NCBI GenBank assembly: GCA_040758495.1
Contig: JBFLVL010000005.1
Coordinates: 35,682 to 99,681, forward strand
Direction of reading: 5' to 3'
DNA length: 64,000 nt
Source: Chloroflexota bacterium
GTDB lineage: Bacteria; Chloroflexota; Anaerolineae; Anaerolineales; JBFLVL01
Shown: piece by piece, positions 37,622-44,202 of the stretch
Layout of the letters: each line of letters opens with the position of its first letter
How positions within the stretch are numbered: the first letter of the stretch is position 1
Notes under the pieces: model-generated
Told to the model about the DNA's origin: nothing
Seen by the model: the letters and a program-made list of their open reading frames with translations, nothing else
Databases searched by the model: none
Position numbers and translations under genes: made by a program

Positions 37622-38602
37622 TCATTTCCAATCCGCCCGGGCTGTTTGGCGACCGTGGAGGTACTTATCCACGGATATGGCAGCCACCACCCCGTCGGCT
37701 GCGGCAATCACCGCCTGTTTGATGTGTTCACAGACGATATCACCTACAGCAAACACGCCGGGGACGCTAGTCTTCATTTCACGATCTACAACCAGACAGC
37801 CCTCTTGCGTGGTTTCGAGTTGACCCATCAGGTAATCCGTTATCGGTCGGTTACCCTGGGTGTAGATAAACACGCCGTTCACTTCTAGCGTTTCTTCCTC
37901 CCCACCTCGCGGTTGGATGCGTACACCCTTTACGGTTTCATCACCTACGATTTCCCTCACGCGTGAGCCCAGGTATATAACTACCTTCGGATGGTTGGTC
38001 ACTTCTTCAACCAGGTGCGGACGAGCCTTTAACTCCGGTGTGGGGACGACCAGGAAGACCTGTTCGGCAAACTTGGTCAGAAAAATGGTTTCCTCCAGCG
38101 CTTCGTCGTTGTTCCCTGCTACAGCAACCTTCTGGTCACGGAAGAAAGCACCATCACAAGTAGCACAATAACTCACTCCCCTTCCCAAATAAACCTCTTC
38201 GCCGGGCAGCGTGCTGGTGCGCCCCATTGATCCGGTAGCTAAGATGACGGCTCGAGCGTAAAACGGTTTGCTCCCCGCCATCACCATCTTGGGATCAGAG
38301 GAAAAATCCACACCAACAACCTTGTCGGTCAAATACTCAGCCCCGAATGACTCCGCTTGCTGGCGGATAATCTCTACCAATTCTGCACCGCTGACCGGAC
38401 CGGGTACACCGGGATAATTGTTAATCTTGCCCGTTATGCCCAGCGCACCAGCAGTCAGACCCTTATCAATGACCAGGGTTCGCAGGTCTGCGCGGGCGGT
38501 ATAAATCGCCGCAGAGGAACCCGCTGGCCCCCCACCGATAATAATTACATCATAAACATCCGCTGGTTCTGCCCCCAAACCAGTTAATCGTAAACCTTCC
38601 AT
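37622..38602 (-). CDS. trxB: Thioredoxin-disulfide reductase homologue lacking canonical NADPH-binding motifs
   Basis: 326 aa with the FAD motif IIIGGGPAGSSAAIY and a redox-active CATC (VSYCATCDGAFF). The positions of GGGNSA/HRRxxxR read VAVAGNNDEALEE and FLVVPTPELKA. GAGGTG lies upstream of the ATG, and the gene starts 28 nt after the PDO stop. Confidence 0.85.
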   Translation of the reverse strand: MEGLRLTGLGAEPADVYDVIIIGGGPAGSSAAIYTARADLRTLVIDKGLTAGALGITGKINNYPGVPGPVSGAELVEIIRQQAESFGAEYLTDKVVGVDFSSDPKMVMAGSKPFYARAVILATGSMGRTSTLPGEEVYLGRGVSYCATCDGAFFRDQKVAVAGNNDEALEETIFLTKFAEQVFLVVPTPELKARPHLVEEVTNHPKVVIYLGSRVREIVGDETVKGVRIQPRGGEEETLEVNGVFIYTQGNRPITDYLMGQLETTQEGCLVVDREMKTSVPGVFAVGDIVCEHIKQAVIAAADGVVAAISVDKYLHGRQTARADWK

Positions 38603-38630
38603 ATTCTTTACACCTCATCACCTTTCAGAT

Positions 38631-39299
38631 TCATCCAGCCCCTGCTTTCAATGCTTCCATCACTTTCGCTAGCACCACCTGCTCGGGAACCGCACCCTCA
38701 ATAAAAAAGCCTTCGTTGATGACCGTTCGAGGGACACCCATTACGTGGTACTTATTGGACAGATGCGGAAATTCAATCGCTTCGACCATGTCGGCGCGAA
38801 TGTAGGCGCTTTCCATGGCCATTTGATGCACCAGACGAACTGCCGGCGGGCAGTACGGTCAGGTAGGGGTAATGAAAACTTGAAAATGTACCGGCTTGTC
38901 TATCTTGGCCAGTTGGTCTTTCGTCGCCGGCGAGAGACCCGAATCTCCTAACGAAACCATAAAAATATCCTCGATCAACGAAGTGAACTCGTACCCCGAG
39001 GGAATGCCAAAGAAGCGTATGCCGTAATCTACCGGCCTATCCCCATCCGCGGTAATAACCACAGCCGGGATTTTGTCAATCCCGTAACGCTTGGAAACCC
39101 CCTTCCCCGGTTCAAACATGGTCACTTCGGCTGCCAGTTTTTCCGAAAGGCTGGCCAGTTCCTCAATCAACATGCGCGTTTCATGGCAATACTGGCATTC
39201 TCTCTCCTGGGTGAACATCAACAGCTTAACCGGACGCTGTAACTTTTCAGCAAACAGCCGCTGTAATTGGATCTGATCACTTTCAGAAATCAAAGACAT
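38631..39299 (-). CDS. Two-domain protein disulfide oxidoreductase (PDO/glutaredoxin-like) with an in-frame TGA at 38859-38861. Candidate selenoprotein (UPYC); alternatively a nonsense-disrupted pseudogene.
   Basis: ORFs 38859-39344 and 38631-38831 share a frame and are separated by a single TGA. The ATG at 39299 has GGAGGA upstream. The N-unit carries CQYC; the C-unit reads FITPT-TGA-PYCPPAVRLVHQMA...DMVEAIEFP...YHVMGVPRTVIN. Read through, the protein is 222 aa, a PDO-like size. Confidence 0.6.
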
Positions 39300-39344
39300 G
39301 GCAATCCTCCTCTTCTGACGATGGTTGACATACAAGCCTTCCAC

Positions 39345-39373
39345 ATTTTACGCGTTTTTATGACTGGCCTCAA
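39345..39373 (-). promoter_or_regulatory. Putative promoter of the PDO-trxB-like operon
   Basis: Minus strand reads TTGAGG (39368-39373), a 17-nt spacer, then TAAAAT (39345-39350). Confidence 0.4.
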
Positions 39374-39397
39374 GTGCTGGGCAAGAAGGAGCAGGAC

Positions 39398-39441
39398 TTG
39401 ACACCGCAAAGGAGAGCGAATAAAATTATCAATAACAATTC
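39398..39441 (+). promoter_or_regulatory. Putative promoter of the Fur-family gene with an overlapping AT-rich Fur/PerR-box-like sequence
   Basis: TTGACA (39398-39403), a 17-nt spacer, then TAAAAT (39421-39426). The segment AAATTATCAATAACAATTC (39423-39441) is made of NATWAT-like hexamers and overlaps or follows the -10. Confidence 0.4.
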
Positions 39442-39463
39442 TCTATAAATAAACTTTATCATT

Positions 39464-39913
39464 ATGCCAGAAACAACCGAACGTCAGACCCGCTTAAAAC
39501 AAGTGGTGGCCAAATTACGTGAACAGGGTCACCGGATGACACCGCAGCGCATGGCGGTGCTGGAAATCCTGATTGACAGTACACAACACCCCGGCGCCGA
39601 ACAGGTCTACGAGCAAGTGCGCAAGGACTTTCCCATGACCAGCCTGGCGACGATATATAAGACATTGATTGTGCTCAAAGAAGTGGGTGAAATTTCAGAA
39701 ATTGTGCTCGCCGATGGTAGCAACCGTTACGATGGGAACATCCCCCACCCTCACCCACACCTGATCTGTAACCACTGTCACCGTATCATTGACGTTGACC
39801 TCAACGACTTGAGCACCTTACCCCAGGTGGTGGCTCAACAGACAGGCTATCAAATAGTCAGTCATCGGCTGGATTTTTTTGGGATCTGCCCACGATGTCA
39901 GGAGGAGGGGTGA
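39464..39913 (+). CDS. Fur family transcriptional regulator (Fur/PerR-like)
   Basis: 149 aa with a winged-helix N-terminus (RMTPQRMAVLEIL). The metal sites are HPHPHLICNHCHRIIDV and CPRC. Confidence 0.88.
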   Translation: MPETTERQTRLKQVVAKLREQGHRMTPQRMAVLEILIDSTQHPGAEQVYEQVRKDFPMTSLATIYKTLIVLKEVGEISEIVLADGSNRYDGNIPHPHPHLICNHCHRIIDVDLNDLSTLPQVVAQQTGYQIVSHRLDFFGICPRCQEEG

Positions 39914-40093
39914 TGGCGCACCTTGCCAGGGTGGAGAATCACTTCCGGGGAAACGAAGCAGGCAGAAAAGTGAAAGCGAGCCTCGGAGCCCTTTCTGGAC
40001 TGCTTCTAATCCATTGACACACAACTCACCCTGAGAAATATCAACCAATTCCCATTTTTAGCAGTATCAAAAAACCCAACAAAGGAGAAACAC

Positions 40094-40609
40094 ATGTTCA
40101 ACGAAAAAATCCAAAAAGAAACAAACGACCAGATTCAACGCGAGATCGAATCCGCCCATATTTACCTATCAATGGCTGCCTATTTTGACTCGACCACCCT
40201 GCCCGGATTTGCTCAATGGATGAAAGCGCAGTTCCAGGAAGAGTTATTCCATGCCTTCAAGTTTTACGACTTCGTCAATGACCGTGGTGGACGGGTTGCA
40301 CTTCAACCCATCGGTCAGCCACCCGTTGAGTTCACGTCTCCCCTGGATGCCTTCGAGAAAGCGCTGGCCCACGAACAAAAAATCACCAGCCATATTAACC
40401 ATCTGTACGCCCTCGCCATTCAGGAAAAAGACTACGCCACGCAGCAGTTCTTGCAGTGGTTCATAGATGAGCAGGTCGAAGAGGAAAAAAGTGTTGGCGA
40501 GGTGGTTCACACACTGAAGATGATCGGAGACAACGCTCACGCCCTGCTCATGCTGGATAGAGAGATGGGGCAGCGGCAGCCTCCAGTCGTAACCGGAGGT
40601 GGAGAATAG
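40094..40609 (+). CDS. Ferritin (non-heme, Ftn-type)
   Basis: 171 aa with a ferroxidase-centre pattern (QREIESAHIYLSMAAY, QEELFHAFKFYDF, EQ...H and FIDEQVEEE). AAGGAG lies upstream of the ATG. Confidence 0.88.
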   Translation: MFNEKIQKETNDQIQREIESAHIYLSMAAYFDSTTLPGFAQWMKAQFQEELFHAFKFYDFVNDRGGRVALQPIGQPPVEFTSPLDAFEKALAHEQKITSHINHLYALAIQEKDYATQQFLQWFIDEQVEEEKSVGEVVHTLKMIGDNAHALLMLDREMGQRQPPVVTGGGE

Positions 40610-40680
40610 GCAGCAGCTTACCTGCCAATCAGGTCTGGTACCTTCAGCCCTTTATCTAACTTTTTCATAAAGAGGTAGTT

Positions 40681-42012
40681 ATGGATCCGGTAACACTTGC
40701 TCGTATCCAATTTGGCCTGACAGCCGCTTTTCACTTTCTCTTCCCGCCAGTATCCATTGGTCTGGCTTGGATCATCGTCTACATGGGCTGGCGCGCTCTT
40801 CGCACAAATGAAGAAATGTACGATCAGATGACCCGTTTCTGGGTCAAAGTATTGGCCCTGATCTTCGTGGTGGGCGTAGCCAGCGGGATAACCCTGGAAT
40901 TCCAGTTCGGTACCAACTGGTCTACGTACTCCCGTTTCGTTGGCGATATCTTCGGGTCACCTCTGGCCGCCGAAGGAATTTTTGCCTTCTTCCTGGAGTC
41001 AGTCTTCATGGGTATCCTGGTCTTTGGTCACAAGCGCGTGTCCAGGAAGCTTTATTGGTTTTCTACGCTGATGGTAGCTCTGGGCTCCACCCTTTCGGCT
41101 TTCTGGATTATTGTGGCCAACTCCTGGCAGCAAACCCCAGTCGCCTACCAGATCGTTGGAGAGGGCGCTTTCCGTCGCGCAGAACTTACCAATTTCTGGG
41201 CAGCGGTGTTCAACCCTTCGACCTTACCCCGCTATCTTCACACCATCATAGCTTCTATTCTTACTGGTGGGTTCTTCGTCGCGGGTTCATCCGCTTGGTA
41301 CTTGATAAAAGGACGCCACGAGGAATTCGCCCGTCGCTCGTTACGTATCGGTCTGGTTGTGGTAGCCATCTTCTCCCTGCTGATCGTGGTGGCGGGTCAC
41401 TTTCACTCTGTACAGGTAGCCGAAACCCAGCCTGCCAAAATGGCCGCTTACGAGGCGCTGTTTCAGACCCAACAGGGCGCCCCCATGGTCATCTGGGGCT
41501 TCCCAGATGTTGAGAACCAGTCCCTGCGCTTTGGCATCCAAATTCCCAAACTGCTCAGCTTTCTGATTGACTTCGACCCCAACAGCACAGTAATAGGGTT
41601 GGATCAATTTCCACGCCAGGAGTGGCCGCCGATCGGTCTGTCTTTTTATCCTTACCATATCATGGTCTTACTCGGCGGCTGGTTTATCCTGATTTCCTGG
41701 CTGGGCATCTTCCTGGGAGAACGACGTTTCGCAAACCAACTCTTCTTAAAAGCGCTGCTTTTCTCCCTTCCCCTGCCCTGGGTAGCCATGGAGTTGGGTT
41801 GGATGGCCACCGAGTTCGGTCGCCAGCCGTGGGTGGTGTATCAGCTGCTGAAGACCAAGGACGCTGTATCCGTAGTGGTGCCTGCCTGGCAGATTCTGCT
41901 GACGATCATATTGTTCGCCCTGCTCTACACTTTGCTGCTGGCCCTGTTCATCTTCCTTCTCAGGCGGATGTTCCTAAAAGGGCCTCAAGAACCCAAGGAG
42001 GTGACAACATGA
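40681..42012 (+). CDS. cydA: Cytochrome bd-type quinol oxidase subunit I
   Basis: 443 aa with the N-terminus MDPVTLARIQFGLTAAFHFLFPPVSIGL typical of CydA. It is the short Q-loop form. Confidence 0.93.
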   Translation: MDPVTLARIQFGLTAAFHFLFPPVSIGLAWIIVYMGWRALRTNEEMYDQMTRFWVKVLALIFVVGVASGITLEFQFGTNWSTYSRFVGDIFGSPLAAEGIFAFFLESVFMGILVFGHKRVSRKLYWFSTLMVALGSTLSAFWIIVANSWQQTPVAYQIVGEGAFRRAELTNFWAAVFNPSTLPRYLHTIIASILTGGFFVAGSSAWYLIKGRHEEFARRSLRIGLVVVAIFSLLIVVAGHFHSVQVAETQPAKMAAYEALFQTQQGAPMVIWGFPDVENQSLRFGIQIPKLLSFLIDFDPNSTVIGLDQFPRQEWPPIGLSFYPYHIMVLLGGWFILISWLGIFLGERRFANQLFLKALLFSLPLPWVAMELGWMATEFGRQPWVVYQLLKTKDAVSVVVPAWQILLTIILFALLYTLLLALFIFLLRRMFLKGPQEPKEVTT

Positions 42013-43037
42013 GCCTGGCAACCCTGCAAATTATCTGGTATGTGCTGATCGGCATTCTGATCAGTGGATACGCCATTTTGGATGGCTTCGATCTGGGAGT
42101 CGGTGTGCTCTCCCCTTTCGTGGCCCGAAATGAGCAGGAACGACGTCTGTTGCTCAAGGCCATCGGTCCATTTTGGGATGGCAACGAGGTGTGGTTGCTT
42201 ACTGCGGGCGCGGCACTTTTTGCCGCTTTTCCTCATGTGTATGCTACCGTTTTCAGTGGATTTTACCTGGCCCTGATGTTGCTTCTCTTCGCCCTCATCC
42301 TGCGAGCTGTCTCCTTTGAGTTCCGTCACCAGATGGGGGTGGAAAAGTGGCGCCGTATCTGGGATTGGGTCTTCTTTTTCGGCAGCCTTATCCCTGCTAT
42401 GTTAACCGGCGTAGCCCTGGGGAACGCTGTACGGGGGGTGCCCTTGAACGCCCAAATGGAGTTCACTGGGAACTTTTTCACCCTGCTGAACCCCTTTTCT
42501 CTGCTGGTAGGTCTTACGGGTCTGGCCATGTTCCTCACTCATGGGGCCATATTCCTGATGGTAAAGACCAACGGTGCGGTTGCTGAACGGGCAAAGCGCT
42601 GGGCGTTAAACGGATGGACAGCACTCCTCATCCTGTTTTTATTGACTTCTATCGTGGGTTACATCTCTGCCCAACATCTTTTCGCTAACTACATACAAAC
42701 CCCCATTGCCTGGGCAGTGCCCTTTCTGGTAGTTATTTTCCTGGCAGCCACGCGCAACAGGACTGAGAAGGAAAATCCTGGGCGGGCATTTACCTTCTCC
42801 GCTCTCACCATTACCGGGTTAATAGGCGTCCTGGGAATTGCCGGTTTTCCTTTTCTCGTTTATGCTCTCAACACCATGGAACATGGATTATCCATTTATA
42901 AAGCCTCCGCCTCACACACAACCCTGATGACCATGCTTATCATTGCCCTGATTGGTATGCCCATCGTGATAGCTTATAGCGCCTATGTGTATTACATACT
43001 CCGGGGCAAAGTCCAAGTCGAGGATGAGGGCTACTGA
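42009..43037 (+). CDS. cydB: Cytochrome bd-type quinol oxidase subunit II
   Basis: The ATG at 42009 overlaps the cydA stop (ATGA). MSLATLQIIWYVLIGILISGYAILDGFDLGVG is a typical CydB N-terminus. The ORF track's upstream extension (41622-42008) lies inside cydA. Confidence 0.92.
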   Translation: MSLATLQIIWYVLIGILISGYAILDGFDLGVGVLSPFVARNEQERRLLLKAIGPFWDGNEVWLLTAGAALFAAFPHVYATVFSGFYLALMLLLFALILRAVSFEFRHQMGVEKWRRIWDWVFFFGSLIPAMLTGVALGNAVRGVPLNAQMEFTGNFFTLLNPFSLLVGLTGLAMFLTHGAIFLMVKTNGAVAERAKRWALNGWTALLILFLLTSIVGYISAQHLFANYIQTPIAWAVPFLVVIFLAATRNRTEKENPGRAFTFSALTITGLIGVLGIAGFPFLVYALNTMEHGLSIYKASASHTTLMTMLIIALIGMPIVIAYSAYVYYILRGKVQVEDEGY

Positions 43038-43098
43038 GCGGCAATAAGAAGGGTCCGAACGGTCTTCAACATCCACAACAGGTTGACCAGGAAGAGAT

Positions 43099-43398
43099 AT
43101 GAAATCCTATAAAGGTTTAGTTGTTCTGGTGGTAGCGATAACTGTATTATTGAGCGCCTGTGGCAGCCCCTCGCCCCAACCACCAGCCTCACCCCAACCC
43201 TCATCCCCTACAGATGGAAGTACACTCTTGCAGGAACGTTGCACTGAGTGTCATAGCCTGGCTCGTGTAGAACAGGCGCAAAAAAACCTTGATGAGTGGG
43301 AAAGGGTAGTTAATAGCATGATTAACAAAGGGGCACAGTTGAACGAGGACGAAAAAGCCCTGCTTATCGAATACCTGGCTGAAACCTACGTACCCTAA
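43099..43398 (+). CDS. Small monoheme c-type cytochrome lipoprotein
   Basis: 99 aa with a signal peptide plus lipobox (LLSACGSP), a Pro/Ser linker and a single CxxCH (CTECH). These are followed by LDEWERVVNSMINKGAQLNEDEKALLIEYLAETY, which resembles heme-binding domains of the quinohemoprotein amine dehydrogenase alpha type. Confidence 0.65.
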   Translation: MKSYKGLVVLVVAITVLLSACGSPSPQPPASPQPSSPTDGSTLLQERCTECHSLARVEQAQKNLDEWERVVNSMINKGAQLNEDEKALLIEYLAETYVP

Positions 43399-43442
43399 AA
43401 ACAGGTACTGCTAAAAAAACACTGGCAATCCCACAGGTTTAA

Positions 43443-43970
43443 CTACGCCCGCCAAAAACCTCTCCAGGTCGGGCGCACATCTTCCTCGGTGATAAAAGCC
43501 TCCGGATCCACCTCACGGATGATCCTCTCTACCAGGGAGGTGTTTTTTCGCAATACATCACAAGTGAGCATAGAGACCATCCCATCTTTCCCCCTGGCGG
43601 GGATTTCGGTCACCGCGTAACCGGCGTCTCGCAATTTTTGGGCAATAGCAGCACCACGACGGGGGCTGACCACACGCAGGTGTTTATGCCCGACTGCTAT
43701 CTTGCCCTCTATCAACATGCCCACCACACAACCGGTGGCAAATCCCCCCCCATATCCCAACATGTTCAACACATTTCCCAAATCGCGAAACACGGAGGTG
43801 ATGGCCAGCACAAAGATTAAGGATTGAGCAAACCCCATGACCCAAGCTACTGCCTTGTGACCACGAATGACAAACAGGGTCCGCAAAGTGTCCAGGCTCA
43901 TGTCCCCCACACGCAAACAAAATATCAAAACTGCACTTAACCATGCAGTGGTTGTGAAGGTCAATTCCAT
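43443..43970 (-). CDS. DUF2179 domain membrane protein (UPF0316 family)
   Basis: 175 aa with three N-terminal TM helices. The C-terminal soluble domain (LRDAGYAVTEIPARGKDG...) is typical of UPF0316. Confidence 0.65.
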   Translation of the reverse strand: MELTFTTTAWLSAVLIFCLRVGDMSLDTLRTLFVIRGHKAVAWVMGFAQSLIFVLAITSVFRDLGNVLNMLGYGGGFATGCVVGMLIEGKIAVGHKHLRVVSPRRGAAIAQKLRDAGYAVTEIPARGKDGMVSMLTCDVLRKNTSLVERIIREVDPEAFITEEDVRPTWRGFWRA

Positions 43971-44202
43971 CGTATCCTCGCACTCCTTACTTGTACTTTA
44001 TGACAATTTCCCGAAACTGTTAGACTGATTACACGGTCGAAAGCCTCGACTGGTTTCAGATACATTCACACAACGTTTCAACGCTAGACCTGACTTTGAG
44101 GTTGCCCAAGGGGGTACGACCGCAGGTACCTCCCATTCTTAGCCTTACCTCCCTGCTTGAATAATATGCTCGTTGCCCTACTCGCACGAAAACGCTCTTA
44201 CT

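Noticed and set aside
38631-38831. 66-aa ORF treated as an independent small gene (GTG start)
   Set aside because: It has no ribosome-binding site and no redox motif of its own. It is in frame with, and continues the conserved domain of, the upstream ORF across a single TGA. I interpret it as the C-terminal part of the PDO gene (Sec or pseudogene).
38859-38861. Possibility that TGA is globally reassigned (Trp/Gly) in this organism
   Set aside because: TGA terminates several well-defined genes in the window at the expected protein ends (nrfH, cydA, mutY, TPR paralog 1).
41622-42008. 129-codon N-terminal extension of the cydB ORF
   Set aside because: It lies wholly inside cydA in another frame. 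The canonical CydB N-terminus starts at the ATG at 42009, which forms an ATGA overlap with the cydA stop.
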